From positions 7,440,001-7,504,000 of the forward strand of contig OX597835.1 of NCBI GenBank assembly GCA_951406725.2: 64,000 nt of DNA. The letters run 5' to 3'. Shown here piece by piece: positions 27,326 through 42,701 of this stretch. A model generated the notes under the pieces. That model worked only from the letters and a program-made list of their open reading frames with translations, was not told where the DNA came from and ran no database searches. The DNA comes from Octopus vulgaris. Taxonomy: Eukaryota. A program made the translations under genes and the position numbers. Within the stretch, counting starts at the first letter, position 1. Each line of letters opens with the position of its first letter.

Positions 27326-28273
27326 CATATATAAATACTTAACATACATTCACTTAATGTTTGTATCTTCCGACAGCATAGCTATATGTATGCAAAGCTC
27401 ATCTTTCAAATCATTTTAATATATTTTTTGATGGGGTTGGGGTCCAGTGTTTTAGTTTTATTGCATTTATATATAATAAATGTAAATTGTATTTTAATAG
27501 CAAATTGTATGTTTGATACCAAATTACTGGATGGAATATTCAGAAAGCATCTTAAGAACTATAAAAACATTGGAGGAAAATCATCATTCTAAAAGTGCAT
27601 TCGGGAATGGAGAAGACATAGTTTCCGCTGTCCTTTTCAGCAGCGACAGCACGTTCAACGGAGATGAAGATAAATGGATAGAAAGAGCTAAAATAGCGAC
27701 AGTAATTGGTGTAACTGAGAAACTAAAGTACATCGAATTGAGGAGAGGAGAACAAATTTAAAAAAAGAAAATTATGGTTTAAGAAAAAGTAGAGAAATGT
27801 AGAAAATAAAACGATAATCTAATGACGGTGGTGTCAGAATAAATAAGTAAATAATTGAATGAATAAATAAATAAATACGAAAGTGATGGGGTCATATAAT
27901 AACTGAGAACAAGAAAGAGGATGGGAAAAGGATGAGCGGAGGGTAATAGAGAGAGATACTGAATAAGAGTAAATTAGCCGAAACATGAAGAAAATAAGTA
28001 GCGAAAATAAGAGAATAGTTACTGAAGATTGTAAGAAAAGTATCAGGAAGATGAGATGAGAGGAGAAAAAAGAGAGAAATGTGGATAGAGGAACGGAAGA
28101 AGGAGAATTGAAGAAGGAATCAAATACAAGAGGAAAGAGACTGGAAAATAGTGAAGAATGTGAGTAAAAGATTCAAAGCTAAATCTGAGTATATTGACAT
28201 AAAACAAAATATATTAGTATAAACTATATTATTTTACGCGTTCCTGCGTTACTATCTGTTTTGTCTGCCGTTT

Positions 28274-28550
28274 AGGCGCAATGGCCCACTGGATAGGGCA
28301 GCGGACTCGCGGTCGTAGGATCGTGGTTTCGATTCCCAAACGGAGAGTTGTGAGTGTTTATTGAGCGAAAACACATAAAGCTCCACAAAGCTCTGGCAGG
28401 GGGTGGTGGTGAACCCTGCTGTACTCTTTCATCACAATTTTCTCTCCCTCTTTCTTCCTGTTTCTGTTGTTCTTGTGTTTCAAAGGGTCAGCCTTGTCAC
28501 ACTCTGTGTCACGCTGAATCTCTCCGAGAACTACGTTAAGGGTACACGTG
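28274..28550 (+). mobile_element. SINE family A, 3'-truncated at (TA)n
   Basis: Degenerate head and body. Confidence 0.88.
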
Positions 28551-28633
<83 letters not shown>

Positions 28634-28634
<1 letters not shown>

Positions 28635-28857
28635 CGAGCTGGCAGAAACGTTAGCACGCCGGGCGAAATGCGTAGCCGTATTTCGTCTGCCGTTACGTTC
28701 TGAGTGCAAATTCCGCCGAGGTCGACTTTGCTTTCATCTTCTCGGGGTCCATAAATAAAGTACCAGTTTCGCACTGGGTCGATGTAATCGACTTAATCCC
28801 TTTGTCTGTACTTGTTTGTCCCCTCTGTGTTTAGCCCCTTGTGGGTAGTAAAGAAAT
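28634..28857 (+). mobile_element. SINE family C, single unit
   Basis: gcgagctggcagaaacgttagcacgccgggcgaaatgc head through aaagaaata. Confidence 0.9.
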
Positions 28858-29781
28858 ATGTGTATTAAAAACACTATTTGGCACGCTCTCGACACATGAA
28901 TCTAATAGTAGCACATAAATACATATATTGCGTTTATTGAATAATTATACGTATGTGCATGTGTGTGCGTATGTGTGAGAGAGATAGAGAGCGTGCGCGT
29001 GTATGCATATAGACTAACTAGTTGGCAGAGTCATTTAAACTACGAATAGATTGTTTGTGTTTATTCATTCCTGCTCTCTACACTGTGAGTTCAAATCCTG
29101 ACGATGTCATTTTTGCCTTCTATCATTTAATAACAGTTGATAACAAAAGATCTGGTGTTCCACTCAGTTTCTGTCAATCAAAATCACCCAAAATGCATTA
29201 GTCGAGCTGATAGGCATAGGCGAAAAACTCTAACCCAGAGACCGTACCGCCCTGCACCGTGCCGCGAACCCAAAGCCGCCTAGTCATGAAACAAATTATC
29301 TTAACTACGCAGCCATCCGTGCGCCATTGTTAAGTTCTCTTAAAATAACAATGGCGTTAATGAAATTGAAAGTAACTATAAAAATATAGTGAATGAGATT
29401 GCTAACGCTGTGTAGTTTCGTATCGTCCTGAGACAAAACTGATCACTTTAAAAGGTTATGCCCATTAGGCGTGTCTGTCGGCTGCTAAAGAAACATCGTC
29501 TGCTGATTGTTTGACTTGTACCTCGCCGCTTGAAACTCAGTGAGTCTCCGTGCAAGTCATGGCGATTGTCGTGTTGTTTGCTGCTGGCATTCCATTTTCA
29601 ATATTTCAGTTCAGGATAAGTATGGGGTAAAACCAAAATATTGAATAAATATATTTTTCTCTTCTGTCAATTTAACTAAATATACTTCGTCCATCTCATC
29701 AGTGTATAAAACTATTATATATTTATTTACATTTCTATATATAAACTTATCACATCCATCTTCGGCTGTTTTTTTGTATAT

Positions 29782-29839
<58 letters not shown>

Positions 29840-29991
29840 AACCAACTTTTATCAATTCAAAATGAACAATTAAATTACACCATCTAGAAAATTACATATA
29901 ATAAAAAAATTGAAATCAAAATAACAATAAAATGTCAAAGATTAAGTAAATTGCAAAAAATAATAATAACAATGTATATAATAGGTAGAAA

Positions 29992-30078
29992 AACGACACG
30001 GGTTTCGTGGCTATATTTAAGAAATGATTATAGTAATAGAGAAATCACTTCGATATAAATATAGTCGCTCATCAGGTT
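29992..30078 (-). ncRNA. Type I hammerhead-like motif with long helix II
   Basis: rc aac CTGATGA gcgactatattta...taaatatagccac GAAAC ccgt GTC gtt. Confidence 0.7.
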
Positions 30079-30247
30079 AAAAATAAACTAGAACAATAAA
30101 ATAATTATTTTATTGATAAAAGGTGATTTTTTCTAATTTTATATATATATTATGTGTGTGTGAAATTTGATTTAGTATTTCTAAATTGAATTTTTCCTTG
30201 TAAGTTTGGATATTATTTCCTCAAATAATAATTAATATATATATATG

Positions 30248-30309
<62 letters not shown>

Positions 30310-30399
30310 TTTGTGTCTGTGTGAGTAATTGTAAGCAAATGGGAAAGGCTTGTTCGGATTTTAAAATTGTCGCTTCAAATCGGAAATTAAAATATTTGA

Positions 30400-30475
<76 letters not shown>

Positions 30476-30548
30476 TAACAATAACAACAATGATAATAAT
30501 AATAGTAATAATAACAATAATAATAATAACAATAACAATAACAACAAC

Positions 30549-30581
<33 letters not shown>

Positions 30582-31582
30582 TGCATTGGTACTGCACCAA
30601 GCAGCAATTTCATTTGCTTCGATTTTAGTGCATGATTGATACTTCATTTTATTGAACCCGATATGAAACGCAAAATCAACCTCAATACCATTTGAAATAG
30701 GAACACCAAGAACCGAAAGAAATGCCACGAAGCATTTTTCCGATGCTCTAGCGATTCTGTCAGTTTTTTTGCTGTTGCGTTAATGATGATAATTCTTTGT
30801 ATTAGAACCACAGTGCCTAGAATTTGGGCGATGGAGTTAAACGATCTCGTCGACCTAAGTGCTTAAATGGTACTTATTTTATGAATTGCGAATTGATGAA
30901 AGGCAAAGTCGACCTCGTTGGAATTTGAACTCAGTGCGTAAAGCCAAAAAGAAAATGCCACAAAACATTTTATCTGTAGAGTAACAACTCTGACGTCTCG
31001 TCGCCATTGTGATGTTGAAGATAATTATAACAACAACACTTAACAAGCGAACCCAGTTGAATGAAATGTCAGCTCCTAGAGGCGTTCTCAAGCGCCAATT
31101 GAAACCCATTTAAACATTGCTCAGAATGTCACGAACATCACAATAGAACAGCTCACTTTCTCCGAGAAAAATATATAATTAGTCGAAAGGAATCTAATAC
31201 CTGGTTTCTCTAAAAAAAAATGACTTACAATAACTCTTTCATTTCGTTTAGATATCAAATTTCTTTTGTTGGGTTACAGTAATTGTACTTTACAGAGAAA
31301 ATTAATAGCTGCTGCTAAAATAATCAATCAAATCTCTCGTAAAACAGCAGTGCGGTATTACTTCAAGCGGGATTTACATTACTGCGACATTCTTAAAACA
31401 AATCGCGAATGTTCTTGATAACTGCGTGATATCATGATATTTGATGTGAACCACTGAAGTACTTTTCTGCTAACACCATGTTAAACCAAATCTCGAAGCT
31501 TTATTTCATGTCACATATATTGTAAAGTTTTCACCATATCATATAGATAGATAGAAGGATATACACACACACGTATATATGC

Positions 31583-31691
<109 letters not shown>

Positions 31692-31731
31692 TAGATAGAT
31701 AGATAGATAGACAGATATATAGATATCATGG

Positions 31732-31781
<50 letters not shown>

Positions 31782-32094
31782 GGAATATTCTAACTGCATT
31801 GGCTGTTTCGTTTATGGTCAATCGCTGGACATCTTTTATCATTCGCTTGGTTCAGTCATTAGACTGCGGCCATGCTGGGGCACCGCCTTGAATAATTTTT
31901 AGTCGAATGGATCGAGCCCAGTACGTATTTTTTGCTAAGCCTGGTACTTATTCTATCGGTCACTTTTTGCCGACCCGCTAATGTCACGGCGATTTAAACA
32001 CAGCAACACAAGTTGCCAAGCGGGGGTCAAACACACACACACACACACACTACACACACACACACACACACTAACACACACATACATACATACA

Positions 32095-32171
<77 letters not shown>

Positions 32172-32202
32172 CGTTGAACGAGGTATAAACAGTAACTGCA
32201 CG

Positions 32203-32410
32203 ATAATATGAGGTATACTTACCATCTCAATATGGCTAACCACTAAGGGTGGGTGTTACTGTAGCTTGTAGCCCCAGGAGAACATCGTCTCCAGCTGGCT
32301 TTAGAAAGTGTGCCTAAAGCCAGCTGGAGACGATGTTCTGCTGGGGCTACAAGCTACAGTAGCACCCACCCTTAGTGGTTAGCCATATTGAGATGGCAAG
32401 TATACCTCAC

Positions 32411-32415
<5 letters not shown>
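32203..32415. repeat. Fold-back palindrome, 102-bp arms and 9-nt spacer, in a (TA)n context
   Basis: Arms 32203-32304 and 32314-32415, about 4 mismatches. Confidence 0.93.
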
Positions 32416-32449
<34 letters not shown>

Positions 32450-32733
32450 TTATATATATATATACTTATACAAATATATAGCAAGTGTGTTGTCTATTAG
32501 CTATTTCGCTTTAACTTATAACAAATGGGCGTTATTTCGACATTGTCAGCATCTGATCACGCGATTAGGTTTGGACTAAATCCGTTCCAAAGACTGGATG
32601 GGTTTAGCTGTCCAATCGATGTTTCAGTAACGGTTCTTATTCCAACGCAAAAAAATCCTCTTCCTGCCTACCAACCGTTATATAACTAATCGTCCCTCAC
32701 GCTACAGAGCAGAGACGGAAGAGAGAGAGAGGT

Positions 32734-32793
<60 letters not shown>

Positions 32794-32820
32794 GAGATCA
32801 CAAGCCAAACGTACGTCTTT

Positions 32821-32950
32821 CCACTAAGGGTGGGTGTTACTGTAGCTTGTAGCCCCAGGAGAACATCGTCTCCAGCTGGCTTTAGAAAGTGTGCCTAAAG
32901 CCAGCTGGAGACGATGTTCTGCTGGGGCTACAAGCTACAGTAGCACCCAC
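32821..32950. repeat. Exact 130-bp copy of the palindrome centre (32240-32369)
   Basis: Identical, including the arm mismatches. Confidence 0.92.
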
Positions 32951-33477
32951 TCTCTCTCTCTCTCTCTCTTTCCGTCGACACTGACCATCACGCAGAACAA
33001 AGCTGTCCAGCACAAAGCACCTATCCATGAATTACCAAACCAGTTACTTCTCAATGTGTAAGACATTTGCCAAGTATCATTATAACGGTTGCAATAAAGA
33101 ATAGTTGCATTGAATTTACCGTGGTTCTGCCTGTCCTCACTTTATCTACGATTACTCCAGGCAGGCAGACTAGACCAGTTAATGCATAACTAAAATGCAG
33201 CTATATCAAAGTACAGTCAAAACTAATAACCAATAACCGTTATATATACAGGGTTAGACGAAGGCGAGCCGACAGTATATCAAACTACCACGAATATTTA
33301 ATATTCAATTTTATTTATTCATTCTAATTATGAATGTTTAATAAGTGAATGATGTCAGTTAAAATCATTTTTTTTTTCAACATTTGTCTATTCATTAGTG
33401 AAGTCTCATATAAAATAATTTTTTGTTTTAATCTTGGAATTAAATGGTTTTGATTTACTGCCAGGTAACTTTTTGCC

Positions 33478-33548
<71 letters not shown>

Positions 33549-33566
33549 AATATGTTTGTATATATA

Positions 33567-33728
33567 GGCGCATGAGTGACTGTGTGGTAAGAAGCTTGCT
33601 TGCCAACCACATGGTTCCGGGTTCAGTCCCACTGCGTGGCACCTTGGGCAGGTGTCTTCTACTTTAGTCTCGGGCCGACCAAATCCCTGTGATTAGATTT
33701 GGTAAACGAAAACTGAAAGAAGCCCGTC

Positions 33729-33763
<35 letters not shown>

Positions 33764-33764
33764 A

Positions 33765-33797
<33 letters not shown>

Positions 33798-34021
33798 TGT
33801 ATGTATGTATATATGTATGTATGTATGTGTGCGTATATGTTGTGTATCTGTGTTTGTCAACCCACTATGCTGGTGCATTTACGTCCCCGTAACTTAGCGG
33901 TTCGACAAAATAGTCCGAGAGAATAAGTATTAGGTTTACAAAGAATAAGTACTGTGGTCTGTTTGCTCGACTAAAGGCGGTGCTCCAGCATGGCCGCAGT
34001 CAAATTACTGAAATAAGTAAA

Positions 34022-34024
<3 letters not shown>
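33567..34024 (+). mobile_element. SINE family B
   Basis: Full head and tail with an expanded internal (TA)/(TATG) tract. Confidence 0.9.
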
Positions 34025-34075
<51 letters not shown>

Positions 34076-34091
34076 GCACACATATACATAT

Positions 34092-34372
34092 ATTAGTGGT
34101 TGGGATATTTGGCTCGTGATCGTAGGGTCGCGAGTTCGGGTCCCGGCAGCGCGTTGTGTCCTTGAGCATGACACCTTATTTTACGTTGTTCCAATCCACT
34201 CAGCTGGCAAAAACGAGGAGTACCTGTATTTGAAGGGGCCGGCCTTGTCACACTTTATGTCACGTTGAATTTCCATGAGAGAGTACGCGTGTCTGCGGAG
34301 TGCTCAGCCACTTGAACGTTAACTTCACGAGCAAGCTGTTCCGTTGATCGGATCTACTGGAACCCTCGTCTT
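34092..34372 (+). mobile_element. SINE, head A2 + tail 1, degenerate
   Basis: Aligns to 55858-56189. Confidence 0.8.
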
Positions 34373-34451
34373 AGTACATATCCATCTATCTATCTAGATA
34401 ACTATCCAGATAGCTAGATAGATAGATAGAAAGATAGATATATAGCTAGCT

Positions 34452-34588
<137 letters not shown>

Positions 34589-35708
34589 CAATTCATATAA
34601 ATACAGTGTGCATTTAAACACATAATATGTATCCAACAAAGGATTCCTTTCACGCTAGAAGGAACAGCTAAAGTCCAAACCACTATTAGGGATAAAAACA
34701 TGAAGGGAATGAAAAATAAAAACAAAAAAAAAACATTTACCATCTATTTCCTGGAGCAAGGTTTCTGACTTTTTTTTAGCAAGTAAAATAATTTGCTAGG
34801 CGAAGTCTTCCTCAACAGGTACGCCTAGATCAAATATATAGGTACGAGGCATATCCAGCATGTGCCTCTTGCTTATATACTTTATAACTTTTCAAATCCA
34901 CTGCGCAAGAGCAGTTTTTTGTCGGAAGCAACAAAAAATATATAAATACCGGCATTTTTTCGAACAATTCTCCAGAAAAACATTATGAATAATTAATATC
35001 AGGGTAATAAATATTTTAGAATGTTTACTACCTGTGGCCAAGCGTGTAGAAAAATTAGTCAATAGATTATACGTTATTCATATAAATACAGTGTGCATTT
35101 AAACACATAAGACGTATCCTTCATAGTATACCTTGCACGCTAGAAGGAACAGCTAAAGTCCAAACCACTATTAGGGATAAAAACTCGAAGGGAATGACAA
35201 ATTAAAAAAAACATTTACCATCTATTTCCTGGACCATGGTTTTTGATTTTTATTAGCAAATAATTCAGGCATGGCTGTGTTGATGAAGACTTCGCCTAGC
35301 AAATTATTTTATTTGCCAAAAAAAGTCAGAAACCAAGGTCCAGGAAATAGATGGTGAATGTTTTTATTTTTCATTCCCTTCGAGTTTTTATCCCTAATAG
35401 TGGTTTTGTACTCTCCATGAGATGAGGACCTGCTGTGACTCTAGGATCAAGGGATGACCCCGGTTCAGCAGAAGACAACGGACCATATTTTATTTTAAAA
35501 TAATAATAATGATAGTAATAATATAGAATCCTAGCAAATCAGAAAGCCACAAGCGCAGAAAAACTGATGTCGAGAAGAATGTGACACAACTCTACATTGC
35601 CAAAGGGGAATAATACAACACACACTTCAGGAAACTACAAAAGTGCACGGTTGGTGGCGCTGGGGGCGCAGCAGAAACACATAAAGCAAGAATAAACTAT
35701 TACAAACT

Positions 35709-37108
<1,400 letters not shown>

Positions 37109-38431
37109 CTAATTGCTCTCCAAATCAAGGCAATTTCGTGAGTATGAAAATGTTTTTCATTCAAGTCTTTATTTCTATTTCAATAACATCCGTTCGTTTG
37201 CTTTGTGTTTTTTCTCAAATGCCTCTCTCTTCCCTCGCTTTCACACACTCTCTCTCTCTTTCACTCTCTTTCCCTCTCTCTCTCTCTCTCTCACTCACTC
37301 CCTCCTCCGCCTACTCTATCTCCCTTTCTAATACTCCTTCGTTCTGTCTCTTCCTCTCCCTCATTCGCTCACTCTCTCCTCCGCTCTCTCTTTCCCCTCT
37401 CCTTCACTCACTCCGTCCCTCTCTCTCCCTTTGTGTTCCTCCCACACTCATTCGCCCTCTCTCCACCTGTCCCTCCCTCTCTCACCCATCATTTCGCTCT
37501 CTCCTTCACTCTTCACCCTCACTCCTTCGATTTACCATGCCTCCTCTCTCTCCCTTTTGTTCACCCTTCACCCTCACTTCTTCGCTTTCCCTTCTCTTCT
37601 CTCTCCCTCTCTCCTTCACTCACTCCTTCTCTTTCTCTCTATCTATCTCCCTCTCTCTCCTATTCAACAACAATCTTTCGGGGCTTATTACAATATCCGT
37701 TAGAGTCACGATAATAACTGGCTCCAAGCACCGTATGCGTTGCACTTCAGAGAAAATTCAAATTCAAAGTAACTTTATTGAATGTTATTTATAACAAAAT
37801 CTGTTCTCTCAGGTTTGTTTCTGGTCATGAAAAATATGTCAACTACAAGACTGCAAAACAATCTACCAAATACACGTCAGAGAATTGTTTTGTAACATAG
37901 AAACAAAATATTAGTTTTGAAAATTGTATATAATAAACGTTAAACACTGCTTCGGGGCTTTATCGTAATATTTTGGAGTGCATTATTTTATTCTGCCAAA
38001 TGCCTCCATAAATACTAAAGTGTGTGTGTAAGTGTGTGTGTGTGTGTGTGTGTGTGTATTTCCCCCACCACCACCACCACCGCTTGATAACCGGTGTTGG
38101 CGTGCTTACGTACCCGTAATCTTGCGGTTCGGCAAAAGACTACCCGGTAGAATAAGTACCAGGCTTTAAAAAATAAGTGCTGGGTGGGGTGGGGGGTGGG
38201 GCGATTCGCTCGACTAAGAAATTCGTCGAGTCGCTGCCCCAGCATGGTCACAGCCTAACGTTTGTAACTAGTAAAAGGTAACACACACAAACACACACAC
38301 ACATACATGTATGTATGTGCAAGAACAATAATAAATCCCCAAAAAGAACAAACACCAAAAAAAAAAACGACAACACGAGGACGTGGTACACGTAATTTAT
38401 TAGCAGACGCTCAAGAAAAGAAAGAATGATG

Positions 38432-38467
38432 GTTTAAGGTTTCGAGTAGACGCTCTTCTTCGGAAAC
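38432..38467 (-). ncRNA. Minimal hammerhead-like motif (CCGAAGA core), degenerate
   Basis: rc gttt CCGAAGA a GAGC gtct ACTC GAAA cc TT aaac; downstream tail homologous to the 20039 family. Confidence 0.55.
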
Positions 38468-38712
38468 AGAAGAAAGTCCAATAGAAAGGAAGACGGAGGA
38501 GGAAAATCGTCAACGATTCACATGTGGTTACATTTTGAAATGTATATAAATGTATATGCACACACACACACATACACACACAGACGCACACATACACACA
38601 TTATATATATATATATATATATATATATGGATATATGGATACAGGACGTGACATATGTGCATGTGAGTTAATATACATATAGTTATACATATATATATAT
38701 ATATATATATAT

Positions 38713-39027
38713 ATCACCGTGATCACCGTGACCGACCAGGCTATCAGATGTTGCTACACATCGCTGGTCACAATGCGCTTTGCATTGTTTTAGCCTTCAA
38801 GTGACGCCACCCCGCTGGTGGCTAAGCGAGTAGGCCAACAGAAGAAAGAGTGAGAGAAAGTTGTGGCGAAAGAGTACAGCAGGGGTCGCCACCACCCCAT
38901 GCCGGAGCGTCGTGGAGCTTTTGGTGTTTTCGCTCAATAAACACTCACAACGCCCGGTCTGGGTATCGAAACCGCGATCCTACGACCGCGAGTCCGCTGC
39001 CCTAACCACTGGGTCATTGCGCCTCCA
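38713..39027 (-). mobile_element. SINE, head A1 + tail 2
   Basis: Head as in family A; tail ...ggggtggcgtca...tggtcggtcacggtgat. Also at 41455-41740 (+) and tail-only at 19840-19960. Confidence 0.88.
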
Positions 39028-39105
39028 TATATATATATATATATATATTATTTATATTATTATTTGATACGCATTCATGTCCAAGTAAGTATATATATAT
39101 ATATA

Positions 39106-39489
39106 CTAGCAGTATCGCCCGGCGTTGCTCAGGTTTGTAAGGGAAATAACTATAAAGCATTTTTAGAGAGTTATAGCCAAAAAATAGCAAAAAAATGGAA
39201 AAAAATGATGGTAAATTTTTTTTGAGAGTTAAAAAAGGTGGAGTTGCGTCCCCTAGACAGTTTGTGGTTTGTGTTTCTGATTCTCGACCCCATGTCGAAT
39301 TTATCGATTTTTTTCAGAACTGGGGGAACTTTTCAAAATTTTCGCTGCGTTAGTTTTGAATTATGACATTGGGCTATGTGTGTGTCAAGTTTCATCAGAA
39401 TCGGTTGAAAGCCGTGGTCAGGGTGAGGGTACAAGCAAACAGACACACAGAAACACGCACAGACAAACTGCCGTTTATATAGAGAGAGA
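39106..39489 (-). mobile_element. Mosaic non-autonomous Helitron
   Basis: 5' TC, 3' hairpin and CTAG; 3' part as E1, 5' part as the 45655 element. Confidence 0.87.
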
Positions 39490-39500
39490 TATATATATAT

Positions 39501-39585
<85 letters not shown>

Positions 39586-39776
39586 AAAGGTCTGCCAACT
39601 CACAAAGCATTGGCTGGTCTGCGGCTATAATAGAAGACATTTGTCCAACGTGCCACACAGTGGAAATGAACTCTAAACCATGTGATTACATAGTGAGATC
39701 CTTAACCATACTGTCATGCCAACGTCAGATGGTATTTACGAGAAAAAATATCTAACCGTGTGTGTGTGTGTGTGTG

Positions 39777-39811
<35 letters not shown>

Positions 39812-40237
39812 TGTGTGTGTGTGGCAGTTTCTAAAAATTAGTTGTTTGCACGTTTGTAATTAGTAAAAAGATCAAATTGCCAGCTAGTTTACATGGCGGG
39901 GAAAGGAAAACTATCAATGTTGTCTTTGCTACACAGAACTAGCAAGTCTTATTGAATTACTTATTAAAAGTCGTCAGAATCCTCTAGAATAATTAACGTA
40001 AATTTTAATGAAGATCAAAAAAAAAAAAGCAAATAAATAAATTTACTCCAGAATAATTAATGCAAATTCTCGTATAAACGCGTGGGTTAAAAGAAATAAA
40101 ACGTGGAGGGAGGATGAGAGGAATTCATTTCACGGTTCGAAATGTATGTAAGTCGATAGCTATAAATGTGCGTATATGAATATACATATGCGTATAACAA
40201 GAATTAATTAAAACCTTAAAAATAAACAAAACCCTCC

Positions 40238-40285
<48 letters not shown>

Positions 40286-40294
40286 ATTTATTTA

Positions 40295-40813
<519 letters not shown>

Positions 40814-40999
40814 TCGGCGAGTTAACTTGGTTTTCCTTAACAACAACGTAACCTTCATATAATTAAGGTAGCTTCGGTTTCAAGAGGATCCAACTGATAA
40901 CCCGTCCTGGGGTAATAATTACATGAGAGGATCTGCAAGCTGGGAAACATATGTGGCCTAAATTTTACTTCCTCCACCCACTCAATTTGGATATATATA

Positions 41000-41371
41000 T
41001 TTTCTTTCATGGGTTTGAAGCATTTGACTGCGACCATGCTGCAGCACCGCATTTAAGTTAAACAAATCGACCCCAGGAGGAGTTATTCTTTGTAAGCTTA
41101 CTGCCTATTCTATCGGTGTCTTTTGCCGAATCGTTAAGTTACTGGGACGTAAACACCCCAAAATCAGTTGTCAATCGATGGTGTTGGGACAAACACAGAC
41201 ACACAGGCATATATTCATATATATATACGACGGGCTTCTTTCAGTTTCCGTCTAGCAAATCCACTCACAAGGCTATGGTCAGCCCGAAGTTATAGGTGTT
41301 ACGCAGTGGGACTGAACCCGGAACCATGTGGTTGGTAAGCAAGCTTCCTTCCACACAACCACGCCTGTGCC
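41000..41371 (-). mobile_element. SINE family B with internal deletion
   Basis: Aligns to the 51318 copy. Confidence 0.85.
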
Positions 41372-41379
41372 TATATATT

Positions 41380-41434
<55 letters not shown>

Positions 41435-41454
41435 GTGTGTGTGTGTGTGTGAGT

Positions 41455-41735
41455 GTGGAGGCACATGGCCTAGTGGTTAGAGCAGTGGACTCACGGTCGA
41501 GGGATCGCCGTTTCGAATCTCATACCAGGCGATGTGTGTGTATATGAGTGAAATACCTAAGCTCCACGACGCTCCGGCAGGGGGGGGGGGCGTCCCTGCT
41601 GTACTCTTTCGCTACAAATTTCTATAACTCTTTCTTCTGTTAGCCTGCTCGCCTAGCCAGCGGGGTGGCGTCATTTGAAAGCTAAAAAAATGCGAAGCGC
41701 ATTGTTACTAGCGATGTGTAGCCTGGTCGGTCACG

Positions 41736-41740
<5 letters not shown>
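41455..41740 (+). mobile_element. SINE, head A1 + tail 2, diverged
   Basis: gtggaggcacatggcctagtggttagagc head; tail 2. Confidence 0.82.
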
Positions 41741-41776
<36 letters not shown>

Positions 41777-42083
41777 CTGACAACCGGCCCCTACCTATAC
41801 ATGTCTACACACATATACATACATAGACATAAATGCAGTTATATACACACACTCATACACACACATAAGCAATAAAGCTTATTAACCAGAGCAAACACCC
41901 CCGCATCCATATTCATACAGCATGCATACTGTCCTTCTTATTTTCATAAATTTTCATAAATTCCTCTTCCAAACATTTTTGACGTCATTGCTTTTAACGG
42001 ATTTTTAAAATCACTCATTATCACTGTGGTCAATATGTAGCAAGCCATAGAAAAGTTTTTGTCCGTCTTGAGGCTGATTGATT

Positions 42084-42180
42084 TTCCTTGACTTTCCTGA
42101 TGAGAAGACGGCATAATGCACCTTATTCCTTCAGAATTAAGAATATGCAGTCTTCGAAACATGTGTTGAAATTAAAGGAA
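42084..42180 (+). ncRNA. Type I hammerhead-like motif, long helix II
   Basis: tttc CTGATGA GAAGAC...GTCTTC GAAAC atgt GTT gaaa; distal ttcctt/aaggaa extends helix I. Confidence 0.8.
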
Positions 42181-42701
42181 TTGTGTTAAAATCCTCGTTC
42201 GACTCCATTCTTTTATTCTTTTATTCATTTTAAATATATATATATATATATATATGTATACACATAAATGGCCGTTTCTGTCTGTTTGTGGCTGTGTGTG
42301 TGTGTGTGTGATTTGTGAATTTGTTATTTTAGCTCCTCCGATACTATCCAACCGATCTTGATGAAACGCGACATGCGTGTGGAGCTTTTGCCAATGTGGT
42401 CACTTACGCACTTTGAATTTCATTTCACGGTTCGAAAGTACGCTTTATTTTTACATCATATTCCTTTACAGAATAATCAAAGTGATAATATATTTTTTTT
42501 AAGTCGTCAGTAATGTTTAAAATATTTTTTAATCTATTTTTACAATTTAAACTGTCGTAATTAGCTGCATAACTACTTCCATTATAATCTTGAATAACCC
42601 ATCAAGATTATACCCAGTGTGTAAAATCTAAACATACATGGAAACGTTGAGTCTACGTTTTTATTAAGTATCATCTACATCTTTGCCTAAAGGATTTATT
42701 T

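Noticed and set aside
27513-27761. 82-aa ORF of normal-looking composition
   Set aside because: No recognisable motif or splice context.
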